IMG/VR virus record: IMGVR_UViG_3300010885_088079 | Direction: 5' to 3' (one strand) | Source: an uncultured virus (IMG/VR IMGVR_UViG_3300010885_088079) | Lineage: Duplodnaviria > Heunggongvirae > Uroviricota > Caudoviricetes | Length of the DNA stretch: 20,000 bases | Part shown: in pieces, positions 8,499-17,167 of the stretch | Layout: the number at the start of each line of letters is the position of its first letter | How positions within the stretch are numbered: the first letter of the stretch is position 1 | The notes under the pieces: model-generated | What the model was told of the DNA's origin: nothing | Database searches by the model: none | The model's input: the letters and a program-made list of their open reading frames with translations, nothing else | Made by a program: the position numbers and the translations under genes

Positions 8499-8924
8499 AT
8501 GAATCGAACAGCACAAATCAATAGCGTAGTTAACCAAATGGTCCGCTGCGGAAGAGAGAATGTGAAGATATCTGCAGAAAAGAAAGAGCATTATGCTTGT
8601 GAATATGAGCAAGAGATATTTCTTGCTCTGGACTTGATACCGCAAGCACAAGCCACCTTCCAAGCTGTTGTTGCAAAAAAACTTAAGTCTGATGAACGAG
8701 AAAAAGTCATTAAGTTTTGCATTGACTTTAAAAACAGGAATTTTTCTGGTCCTAATGATCCTATTTTTTTGCTTTGGAGATTTTTGAAGACCGCAAATAG
8801 AAAGCCTAGCAATCTCTATCCTAGTGTTTCTTATGCTTTGAGGTCTTATTTGGACGGCAAAAAGATTAGATCTATTAGAAATGATAGGTCTTTTAAAGAC
8901 ATTATGGAGAAGGAGATGGTGTAG
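8499..8924 (+). CDS. Hypothetical protein homologous to the C-terminal domain of the ParB-like protein at 4554-5597
   Basis: An AGGAG Shine-Dalgarno sequence favours ATG 8499. It aligns manually, nearly without gaps, to about residues 200-313 of the ParB-like protein. Confidence 0.75.
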   Translation: MNRTAQINSVVNQMVRCGRENVKISAEKKEHYACEYEQEIFLALDLIPQAQATFQAVVAKKLKSDEREKVIKFCIDFKNRNFSGPNDPIFLLWRFLKTANRKPSNLYPSVSYALRSYLDGKKIRSIRNDRSFKDIMEKEMV

Positions 8925-9462
8925 TATCTATAAAAAAGTCATCTTCCAACTTCAATAGCTCTTCTAATGCTATTATGGACCAAGGTCCATAATTAAGTTG
9001 ATACTTAAATTCTTGAGGAAGGTCTTTGGTTAAGACAACACAAAACCAGGGTCTTCTTTTTTTCTTCCAACAAAGCATTGGTTTTCTGCTACATCTTTTT
9101 GCATCCTTAGAAACCTGGCTTAGGAATCCGTCTAATTCTGTGCTTCCTTTGATGAAAACCGAGTTTAAATCTATGCCTTCATATCCGCCTTTGCTCTCAA
9201 GAACAAATTTGAATCCTTGCGGCACCACCAGATCACCAGAAAAAACCTCTCTAGCATGTTGAGGTAGGTTGTTAACTTGTGACCATCTATTCCCAGAGCC
9301 AACGGATCTGCTAAAGCCAGTACCAAATCTTTTATTCAAGATTTTTGAAAGCTCTAGCTCTACTCTATTTCCTTTTTTCTTTCCGTTGATTCTTTTTTTC
9401 TTTTTTTCGAATATTCCTTCGTCCGTGATGAAATCTTCTGAATCTTCAAATTCATAACTCAT
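8902..9462 (-). CDS. Holliday junction resolvase-like PD-(D/E)XK nuclease (Hjc-type)
   Basis: KKKGNRVELELSKIL, RSVGSG, SGDL, LESK and the C-terminal PMLCWKKKRRPW pattern of phage Hjc-like resolvases. Confidence 0.75.
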   Translation of the reverse strand: MSYEFEDSEDFITDEGIFEKKKKRINGKKKGNRVELELSKILNKRFGTGFSRSVGSGNRWSQVNNLPQHAREVFSGDLVVPQGFKFVLESKGGYEGIDLNSVFIKGSTELDGFLSQVSKDAKRCSRKPMLCWKKKRRPWFCVVLTKDLPQEFKYQLNYGPWSIIALEELLKLEDDFFIDTTPSPSP

Positions 9463-9493
9463 ACAATTATATATGAGTTTTTATTATAACATT

Positions 9494-10600
9494 CTAAAAG
9501 AAATGTGATAATAATTTGGCAATAGAGTTATCTATTTCTTTGAGTTGGTTAATGGTTTCTTCAAAAAGTTCTTTTTCCATGGTCTCTTTGTTGACCGCAT
9601 AACGTAGTTCTAACTCTACATTTTTTGCCTTTTCTATTATTCTAGCAACATACTCTTCGGCCGAATTTAGATCATATTCGCTCCATAAAGAACTTCTTTC
9701 TTTTCTAATAATCTGATCGTTTTCATCTAGTTTCGATATTAAGTTGAAATGAGGCGTTCCACTTGGTATCGTAAAAAATTCTTCCCCCACCTCCTCAGAC
9801 TCGTCCCCAAGTGTAAGTCTGTATCTGTTAGAGCTTAATGTATTGTCTACTAAACTTAAATGCCAAATTTCTTTTGGATGTACTTCAATTAGTTTGTAGC
9901 ACATAGATAGAAGCCTACTATCACACTCATTACACGCTTCTTCCCATATGCTAGGTTCTGATACAAAAAATACTTGTCCTAATTCTTCCCTTAAGTCCGA
10001 TATCCACAGTGGCCTGTACTCGTTTCTAAATAGAAGTAGTGATCTTTGTCCGCTTTCTTGTCTTATTCCTGTTGCTACGGCCATATGGCCAAATTGTATT
10101 AAGCTAAATATTCTTTTAACTGATTCTAGCTCTCTATCAACTATTGTTTTGTTTGATTTTATGGTGGACTCAAAAATACGAAGAAGAATTTCAGAATCGC
10201 ATTGGGTAGAAACTTCATAGTTTTTTCTTAACTCATAATATTCATCGTCTTCTATTCTTCCATTGTGTGCTAAAGCTATTGTTTTGTCGTTCGACGTAAA
10301 GGGGTGGTTGTTTTCATTAAAAAATGGTTCCCCTACACCTTTCGAGGCTCCTCTGGCATGAGCTATAACTAAATCAACTTCAAAGTTAGACAAACCAGAC
10401 CAGAATCTACTTTTTACGAAGCTACTAGACCTTGTTGGTTCTTTGTGATAGATCACGCTGCCGTTGAAACCACACTCGGCAGCCCAAAAGCCAGCAGCGT
10501 CTGTACCTCTAGACTCACTCTTTTCAAATAGTTTTGTTAAAAGCTGATAGCTTAAGTTCTTATCTTTTGATTTACCAATAAAGCCAGTTATGCCACACAT
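9494..10600 (-). CDS. Class II (Ntn) glutamine amidotransferase domain protein with a C-terminal coiled-coil
   Basis: MCGI (catalytic Cys2), RGTDAAG, HARGAS, NNHPF, HNG and DSE. No SIS, PRTase or synthetase domain is recognisable. Confidence 0.88.
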   Translation of the reverse strand: MCGITGFIGKSKDKNLSYQLLTKLFEKSESRGTDAAGFWAAECGFNGSVIYHKEPTRSSSFVKSRFWSGLSNFEVDLVIAHARGASKGVGEPFFNENNHPFTSNDKTIALAHNGRIEDDEYYELRKNYEVSTQCDSEILLRIFESTIKSNKTIVDRELESVKRIFSLIQFGHMAVATGIRQESGQRSLLLFRNEYRPLWISDLREELGQVFFVSEPSIWEEACNECDSRLLSMCYKLIEVHPKEIWHLSLVDNTLSSNRYRLTLGDESEEVGEEFFTIPSGTPHFNLISKLDENDQIIRKERSSLWSEYDLNSAEEYVARIIEKAKNVELELRYAVNKETMEKELFEETINQLKEIDNSIAKLLSHFF

Positions 10601-10794
10601 TAATTTTCTTCTTCCTTTTGGGCTTTATTGCCGCCCTGGAAAAGTCTCCATCCGTGTGCTGCTATTGCACAAAGTTCTTCAAAAGAATATTCGGATAGAG
10701 GAATGCCAAAGAATGTAGCATTCTCTGCTTCTTTGAACCATTCCCGAGGCAGGTTGCTGTGAATGGTTAAATCGTAACCTTTTTTATCTAGCAT
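10600..10794 (-). CDS. Hypothetical protein (64 aa)
   Basis: Fills the gap between guaC (2-nt spacing) and the GATase (1-nt TAATG overlap), on the same strand. Confidence 0.7.
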   Translation of the reverse strand: MLDKKGYDLTIHSNLPREWFKEAENATFFGIPLSEYSFEELCAIAAHGWRLFQGGNKAQKEEEN

Positions 10795-10796
10795 AA

Positions 10797-11852
10797 TTAG
10801 TGGTTGTTAGAAACTCTTACAAATTTTGCACACTTGTTAAAGTCTTTTAGTTTTCCTGCTCCTATGTAGGCACCGCAACTTCTTAACCCCCCTAAAATTT
10901 CCTGTACAATACTAGAAACTGGACCCTTGTACGGTACTTTAGAAACCTTACCTTCGGATGCTCTGTATTCTTTCTTTCCTGCTCCGTGTTTTTCTTGAGC
11001 ATAGTGGCTGCTCATTCCATAGAAAGTAAGAGATTTCTTCGCACTCGAAACAACTCCACCATTGTTTTCGTACTCCCAGTCTCCCTCACACTCATCTGCC
11101 CCAGCAAACATGCCCCCTATCATCACCCAGTCCGCACCAGAGCATATGGCCTTACAGATATCACCAACGGTCTTGCATCCTCCATCGCTCATTACCAATC
11201 CTAGCTTTCCATCGCCAGAACTTAATCCATGAGCTGCGTGGGAGCACTCTACGTTACATGAAAAGGTGCCATATCCTACACCAGTCATTTTTCTAGTTTC
11301 ACATTGTGATCCGGGCCCTATTTGGATTTTACATATGTCTACTTTTCCATGGATAATTAGCTCTTGGCATATTTCTGGTGTTGTGACGTTTCCTGCACAA
11401 ATTATACTTTCTGGAAATTCCTTTCTTACAGTAGCACAAAAATGTACAAAGCTTTCCATATATCCGTTTGGAACATCTATTACAATGTTTGTTGGCTCTC
11501 CCAATAGTTTGCTCACAGCTTTAATTTTTTCTAGATCATCATCAGATTTGCCTATAGTTGTCCAAGCGTATGCTATGCCTGCTTCCTCTATAATCCCTGC
11601 TAGTTCTTCTGCACTGTAATACTTGTGCAACGCAGTTGCGATCTTATAAGAGGACAACTTAATAGCCATCTTTTTTGATGTAAGGGGGACCATGTTGGAA
11701 CACATTAGAGGAATTCCAGTCCACACTCTTGGGCTGTAGTAAAACTTAAAATTTCTTTCTAAAGCAACTTGCTTTCTGCTTTCTAGGGTGGTTCTTTGAG
11801 GAACAATTAGAACATCATCATAATTTAATTTTACTTCTGGAGCTAAAAACAT
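10797..11852 (-). CDS. guaC: GMP reductase (GuaC type 1)
   Basis: LNYDDVLIVP, IDVPNGYMESF, AGNVTT, IGPGSQC (catalytic Cys), SDGG, FYGMSS and YRASEGK. No CBS domains. AGGAG Shine-Dalgarno sequence before ATG 11852. Confidence 0.88.
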   Translation of the reverse strand: MFLAPEVKLNYDDVLIVPQRTTLESRKQVALERNFKFYYSPRVWTGIPLMCSNMVPLTSKKMAIKLSSYKIATALHKYYSAEELAGIIEEAGIAYAWTTIGKSDDDLEKIKAVSKLLGEPTNIVIDVPNGYMESFVHFCATVRKEFPESIICAGNVTTPEICQELIIHGKVDICKIQIGPGSQCETRKMTGVGYGTFSCNVECSHAAHGLSSGDGKLGLVMSDGGCKTVGDICKAICSGADWVMIGGMFAGADECEGDWEYENNGGVVSSAKKSLTFYGMSSHYAQEKHGAGKKEYRASEGKVSKVPYKGPVSSIVQEILGGLRSCGAYIGAGKLKDFNKCAKFVRVSNNH

Positions 11853-11891
11853 TGTAAATCTCCTAGTTTTTGAAAGAACCAAGCAAGTTAG

Positions 11892-11919
11892 ATTTTATTG
11901 TTTTTATGATCAAAGTCAA
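11892..11919 (-). promoter_or_regulatory. Putative sigma70-type promoter for the guaC-GATase unit
   Basis: On the minus strand: TTGACT, N16, TAAAAT. It has the same TCCTTGAC context and spacer length as the 4414 promoter. Confidence 0.6.
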
Positions 11920-11955
11920 GGATAATTTACTTTTTAAAAGGAAGAAGCTTGGGCA

Positions 11956-11961
11956 TAAATA
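11956..11961 (+). promoter_or_regulatory. T4-like late promoter candidate (caTAAATA)
   Basis: CATAAATA ending 21 nt upstream of ATG 11983; resembles the T4 late consensus TATAAATA. Confidence 0.45.
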
Positions 11962-11982
11962 GTTTAAAAGGGAAAGGAAAAA

Positions 11983-12252
11983 ATGAATTTCTTCGAATTA
12001 GACCAACAAGTATCACAGCAGACTAGCTTAACCCCTGCGTCGAATGACGAGACAGGCATTGATAAAAATGGCTACATAAGAATAGCTGGTAAAATTGCAC
12101 AAAAGCTAGGAGAAAAGTCAAATACCTATACTCCTTTGGTTAGATATGTTGCAAGAAACCCCAAAATGTTGCAATTACTAGAGAAGTTAATAGAAGAAAC
12201 AAGTCTAGCTCAATCTGGTAAGTTGAAAGCTGTTGTTTCAAGCTACAAGTAG
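11983..12252 (+). CDS. Hypothetical protein (89 aa)
   Basis: AAGGA Shine-Dalgarno sequence and an upstream TAAATA motif. It fills the intergenic space without overlap. Confidence 0.75.
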   Translation: MNFFELDQQVSQQTSLTPASNDETGIDKNGYIRIAGKIAQKLGEKSNTYTPLVRYVARNPKMLQLLEKLIEETSLAQSGKLKAVVSSYK

Positions 12253-12253
12253 T

Positions 12254-12808
12254 TCACATAGCACTTAGTTGCTGCCCAGACTGTCCTGCTAATGAGGGTT
12301 GATCTGTTAGTTGGGGATCTTTATTTACTGGTGCTCCCGGCATTGGGTCTTTTTCTATATCCTTTTTCTCTTGAGGCGGTTTATATTGATCCCGAACAGG
12401 CTTGACTGTGTTTGACGTGCCTCTTGAGTCCGATGCACTTTCAATACCTTCTGTTCCTTCTGGCGAAGCAATTTTATTTATTGGGGAACCTATTTTCTTT
12501 ACTAGGTTATTCAAGGCATCCGCAGACCCAGAAACAGTCTTTTCTAAATCGCCTTTTTCTTTTACGGCTTTTATGATCGCTACACCAATTTTTTGCAAAT
12601 CTTTTAGATAAACTTGGTTCTCTTTTGACCAATAACTGTGTAAGACTCTCCTTATTTGATTGACTATTCTTTCTGAAAATCTGGAGAGGTCCCTTGACCC
12701 CATCCTTCCAGACTCGCCCTTTAGTTCTTCGGCCGCAGCTAGAATGTCTCCTATCTTTTGGCCAAGATACTGTTTCTGCTCGTTTATTATAAATTCTTTA
12801 AATTTCAT
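12254..12808 (-). CDS. Hypothetical protein (184 aa), possible internal head protein
   Basis: N-terminus MKFKEFIINE resembles the T4 capsid-targeting sequence. Helical N-half and low-complexity tail. ATGA overlap with the nrdJ stop. Confidence 0.75.
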   Translation of the reverse strand: MKFKEFIINEQKQYLGQKIGDILAAAEELKGESGRMGSRDLSRFSERIVNQIRRVLHSYWSKENQVYLKDLQKIGVAIIKAVKEKGDLEKTVSGSADALNNLVKKIGSPINKIASPEGTEGIESASDSRGTSNTVKPVRDQYKPPQEKKDIEKDPMPGAPVNKDPQLTDQPSLAGQSGQQLSAM

Positions 12809-15075
12809 GCTTCTTTCTTAAAGTCTATTGGGCAAGCTCCACCATCACATCTTACATGATCTTGATCAACGTCCTCTTTAAGGGAGGATGTTATTGTTCT
12901 TATGACGTTTTCGTACTCTGCTTTAGTGACAGCCTCTTCAGGTAGATATTCATAACTGCTACGATCTTCTTGAGGCATCACAGAACAGCACTTAATTCTA
13001 CTCTGATTTTCTTTAAGAGTTTCTGAAAATTGCTTGAAATCAACCTTGTTTGGGTTATATTTCAATGTATAGCTTATTTGGTTTCCTGTATCTTTTTCTA
13101 GGAGGTTACCTTTTTCATCTACACCTCTTATCCAATACTTTTCCCCTAGCATAAGCCATTTATACTGATCCTCTGGGCTGGCCTCAGAGGCAGTAACTAG
13201 TCTATCTTCCATTCCAAGCTCTGTTATTACTGGTGTGGTTGGGAACCCAACTATTACCGTGTTCTGGTAGCTAGTTAGCTCTCTTACCGGATAACCAGAT
13301 TTTTCGTACTTCTTGACCAAGGGATCAGATTTGCTGAACTGAACCCATCTTAGATACCACCTCATAGAAGGAAGGTGCCAACCCTCAGTCAACCCAAACA
13401 ACTTGCTTGTTGTACCAGCGGGTTTAATAGTTGTATCTGAGTGTGGAACTGTGACGCCTAATTTCTTTGAATAGGCTTTTGCCTCATCTTGGACAGCTCT
13501 TTTGAATCGTGACATTGTCATCCAAAAATCTTTAGACTTTTCTTCGTCTACAAGATCACTAAAACCAAGTTTAAAGAATTTCCATGCAAACTCATGGATG
13601 CCCGTAATACCAACTCCAATTCTGTTCGTTCTTTTTACTTCCTTTTTATAAACACTATCCATTGTGTTTACTCTAATTAATGCCCTAGTAACAGATCTGA
13701 AGGCTTCCTCTGCTTCGTCTAGAGTCTCTGCGTGATACGGCACAACGTCAGCGATTGTGCAGAACGCTCCCCATACTGCAATTGATATTTCGCCACACGG
13801 ATTAGTTATCATGAAGTTCTGCTTTTTAACAGCCTTCTTTAACAGTCTGTTTATGTACAAATGTGTATCATCATTCAAAGAATACTTTTTGCTACCGATG
13901 AGACATTCTGTACTGATCAGTTTTTCTGTGCCGGACTTATCTTGATTTAGTTTGTCAACGTTGATAAACCCTGGCTCTCCTGTTCCGTCTCCATACGAAG
14001 CAGAAACAGCTAGCTTATAAACACTTCTTGCGTGTTTTGCGATTTCTGAATTATATTCATCTGAACCTTTTTTGACATTCAAGAGTCGCCAGAACTCTTG
14101 GTCAACAGTGATGCTATTGTTTGATGACCATAAGAAGCCCATGGGGCTCATGTTCTTTCTTATTTCTGTTATTTCTTCTACATTTTTTCCTGTAAATTCA
14201 ATTGGTCTTTTTATTGTTATAAACTCTAGGACGCTTTCATCTTCCCAGGTCTTTGTTGACATTCGAGCTGCTCTTCTTGCTCCTCCAACAAGAACACACT
14301 CTGCAAAATAGTGGTCAATATAGATGGTTTGCATCCATCGCGGCAGTCCCGTGTTCTTCATGGTTGCTGCTTTGTTAAACGCGTTCATCAATGGCACAGG
14401 ACCGCTTGCTGGCCTTTTTTGCATACCATTTATCGGGGCACCCTTAGGCCTAATTGCTGAAAAATCTAAGATAAACAGCTTGTCTTTGTGTATCTTTTCG
14501 AAGGCGGCGTTTTCCCATATTTCTAACGCTTTGGCCCATCCTTCTCTTGTGTCGTCTACTAAGTGCCAAAGTACATCCTTCCCACTTCCGTACTTGTGCT
14601 TTGCATCTCTTACTGACTCATGTGCCGAAAAATCAAAGTTGGGATGGTTCTCATCTAACACACAACGTAAAGCTGGTGCATTGTCCCAATCTACAAGCAT
14701 CATGTCGTCATCGTAGCTTCTTCCTACGCCTGAGCCATTCATCAATAAATAAAATAGCATGAAGCTAGTGCTTGATGTCGAGCAATTAGTAAAAACCTCC
14801 ATGTTCCTCTCAGCCTGTAATTCATCACCATGCTGGAGATGCCTACCGCTCATTAATGTCGTAGCATTTAGTAAATGCCTGTATAGAACCTCGTATTCTT
14901 TTTCTTGTTCTTCTTTGTCTTTGCAAAGCTTTGCATTTCCTAAAGCAACACGATGGGCAACATCATTCCATGTTTCCCACCTTCCATCTTCTTTTTTTCT
15001 TAGTATTGTTCTCTCGGCAACAGCTTGTCCCATACCGGCATGAAAGGTTCTAGTCTTCTTATTCTGCTTTGACAT
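12805..15075 (-). CDS. nrdJ: Class II (adenosylcobalamin-dependent) ribonucleotide reductase, monomeric RTPR-like
   Basis: FTNC, GSGVG, VGGARRAA, GEPG, TNPCGEI (thiyl Cys), RIGVGITG, TIKPAGT and C-terminal CDGGACP redox pair. No ATP cone and no adjacent nrdB. AAGGAG Shine-Dalgarno sequence. Confidence 0.92.
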   Translation of the reverse strand: MSKQNKKTRTFHAGMGQAVAERTILRKKEDGRWETWNDVAHRVALGNAKLCKDKEEQEKEYEVLYRHLLNATTLMSGRHLQHGDELQAERNMEVFTNCSTSSTSFMLFYLLMNGSGVGRSYDDDMMLVDWDNAPALRCVLDENHPNFDFSAHESVRDAKHKYGSGKDVLWHLVDDTREGWAKALEIWENAAFEKIHKDKLFILDFSAIRPKGAPINGMQKRPASGPVPLMNAFNKAATMKNTGLPRWMQTIYIDHYFAECVLVGGARRAARMSTKTWEDESVLEFITIKRPIEFTGKNVEEITEIRKNMSPMGFLWSSNNSITVDQEFWRLLNVKKGSDEYNSEIAKHARSVYKLAVSASYGDGTGEPGFINVDKLNQDKSGTEKLISTECLIGSKKYSLNDDTHLYINRLLKKAVKKQNFMITNPCGEISIAVWGAFCTIADVVPYHAETLDEAEEAFRSVTRALIRVNTMDSVYKKEVKRTNRIGVGITGIHEFAWKFFKLGFSDLVDEEKSKDFWMTMSRFKRAVQDEAKAYSKKLGVTVPHSDTTIKPAGTTSKLFGLTEGWHLPSMRWYLRWVQFSKSDPLVKKYEKSGYPVRELTSYQNTVIVGFPTTPVITELGMEDRLVTASEASPEDQYKWLMLGEKYWIRGVDEKGNLLEKDTGNQISYTLKYNPNKVDFKQFSETLKENQSRIKCCSVMPQEDRSSYEYLPEEAVTKAEYENVIRTITSSLKEDVDQDHVRCDGGACPIDFKKEA

Positions 15076-15126
15076 TTTTTCTCCTTGGTTCTTTAGATTT
15101 TATTTAAGGTTCACGCCGCTTTTTTT

Positions 15127-17160
15127 TCAAAACTTTTTTGTAAATCCATTTTCATGTATTAATCTAAGCTTTGATTCTGTTTCGAGCATCTTGATGAGGT
15201 CCTGGTCGTGTGTGGTTACAAAAACCTGTTTACTCTCAGCCAGTTCTTTTATCATTTTATAAATCCCGATAACTCCGCTTGGGTCCACATTTGTAGTAAC
15301 TTCATCGAGGAAGATCAAGCTGGGGACAGAGTCGGAACTTAATTCTGTTATATAAGCAAACGAGTGTCCCACGGCCAGATTTAATCTTCTTCTTTGTCCA
15401 GTACTCATTGCATAATAGATATAAGGATCTCCATCTGGAGGGTTCCTTTCTATTTTTTCTTGCAACTCATTGTCAAAGTTTAAAGTTATAACATTGTCAA
15501 TTAAAAACTGCAACCAGTAATTTATTCTCTTGTTTAAATCTGGTATTATTCCCTCTATAATCCATTTTCTAATTCCTTGTTCTCCAAAACCTGATATCCA
15601 ATAGTCGTAGTAGGGAATTTTTTCTTCTAATGACTTTATCTTTTTCTTTTTTTCTTCAACTAGATTTTTAATTTTATCAAGTTCCTGCTTATCGTTCAGC
15701 AGTATTTCCTTAAAAGGCGAGTCTTCTTCCTTTTCATTTTTTTTAATTTGCTCAATGAGCTCTTCTATTTTTTGCTTTATAGCTATTTCGTTCTCGTTTG
15801 CACGGGGTTCCTTAATTTTTCCTAGCTCTAGAAACTCTCTTCTTAGTGTTTCTGATTTAGAGTCTAAAGAAGCTATTTTTTCCTCTACCTGTGCCTTCAT
15901 TGTTTTTAGCTTTTCTTGCTTAATTTTTAGCTGTTTTGTTTCTTCCTCCATTCCCTTCAGAGTTGGAATTTCTTCCTTTATAACCCCGTCAATACGTGAT
16001 ATTTCTTTATCTAGTTCAAGAATATATTCATCAATATTCTTGATGTCCACAGTGCCTTTGCACTTTATGCACTTTTTCCCCGGCTCCTCTTTTTTAAGGT
16101 CGTCTATTTCTTTCTGAACCTTCTTTTTCTCCTCCATTTTATATTTTATTTCTCTTGACAAATCGTTAAACTTTTCTAAGAAGCTCTGGGCATATTCTCT
16201 CTGATCTTTTTCTTTTTGCTCAATTAATGAAATTTTTTCTTGTAATTCTTTTTTCTGCTGACCAATCTTCGGTATTTCTTCGTTTACCTTTTGTATTTTT
16301 TCTTGTGCTTCTTGGTATAAGGTGAGAGCAGCCCCAACATCCGACTTCTTCTTCAGCTCTTCCTTTTTTTCCAGCAGTTTATTTTTTAGATCTTCAATTT
16401 CTTTTAGCCGTTGCGTGTTCCACTGGTCTTCTTTACTGGTTGTAAGCCGCAACCTCTTCTCAGAATCCTCCTGATTACTTAGAAGCATGGCAAATTCTTT
16501 TGTCTCAGAATCTATCTGCCCTTTAATTTCCTTCTTTGCTTCTTTAGAACTTTCAAACCATTCTCTGTATGAGCCCAGAGATAGGAGGTTTTCAACTATT
16601 TCTCTTTTTGTGTTCTTATCGCACTCTAAGAAGCACGATCTTTGGTCATCTGTAAAAATACAGATATTTATAAAGCTTTCATATGACAGGCCTACTATTT
16701 CATCTATTTTTTTCTGCGTGGTAGACATGCTCCCCAGTGTTATTTCTGTGGAGTCGTTCCAAACACCTTCTTCGCTCTCCCACAAACGCAAGCTATTTTT
16801 ATTTTTCTTTCCGTTCTCGGCTCGTGTTCTAACCACTCTGTATTTATCAAATTCGACTACGCACTTACAATCTTGACCAACTTTGTTGTGGATTACATCA
16901 TCTATATTAATTTTTTCTGGTCTTTTTATAGTTTTACCATATATTGCATATACGATAATTTCTTGGATGCTGCTCTTCCCTGTGCCGTTGCTGTTAGACC
17001 TCATGTCCAACTCTGAGTATTGCTCAATAATCTTTGAGTCTTTGTTGATTCCCTCTACAAGAACTATGTTTCCATAGTCTTTAAAGTTGATTTCAACACC
17101 ATCAGGACCAAACGGCAAGAAGTTCCATGCCGCTGCATACTTGAAACTAAGATTTCTCAT
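15127..17160 (-). CDS. sbcC: Rad50/SbcC-like (T4 gp46-like) recombination ATPase
   Basis: Walker A SNGTGKS, long coiled coil with a central CIKC zinc hook, signature MSTGQ, Walker B LIFLDE and H-loop VTTH. Confidence 0.93.
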   Translation of the reverse strand: MRNLSFKYAAAWNFLPFGPDGVEINFKDYGNIVLVEGINKDSKIIEQYSELDMRSNSNGTGKSSIQEIIVYAIYGKTIKRPEKINIDDVIHNKVGQDCKCVVEFDKYRVVRTRAENGKKNKNSLRLWESEEGVWNDSTEITLGSMSTTQKKIDEIVGLSYESFINICIFTDDQRSCFLECDKNTKREIVENLLSLGSYREWFESSKEAKKEIKGQIDSETKEFAMLLSNQEDSEKRLRLTTSKEDQWNTQRLKEIEDLKNKLLEKKEELKKKSDVGAALTLYQEAQEKIQKVNEEIPKIGQQKKELQEKISLIEQKEKDQREYAQSFLEKFNDLSREIKYKMEEKKKVQKEIDDLKKEEPGKKCIKCKGTVDIKNIDEYILELDKEISRIDGVIKEEIPTLKGMEEETKQLKIKQEKLKTMKAQVEEKIASLDSKSETLRREFLELGKIKEPRANENEIAIKQKIEELIEQIKKNEKEEDSPFKEILLNDKQELDKIKNLVEEKKKKIKSLEEKIPYYDYWISGFGEQGIRKWIIEGIIPDLNKRINYWLQFLIDNVITLNFDNELQEKIERNPPDGDPYIYYAMSTGQRRRLNLAVGHSFAYITELSSDSVPSLIFLDEVTTNVDPSGVIGIYKMIKELAESKQVFVTTHDQDLIKMLETESKLRLIHENGFTKKF

Positions 17161-17167
17161 GGCACCT

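Noticed and set aside
10797..11852. IMP dehydrogenase (guaB) assignment
   Set aside because: The short length without CBS domains and the IDVPNGY..F, FYGMSS and YRASEGK motifs fit GuaC better. A phylogeny would be decisive.
12805..15075. Possible intein or intron in nrdJ (extra segment before TNPCGE), or a class I NrdA assignment
   Set aside because: The ORF is uninterrupted and of normal length, with no C...HN splice motifs or LAGLIDADG. The C-terminal CxxGACP, the lack of a Tyr-Tyr pair and the absence of nrdB fit class II.
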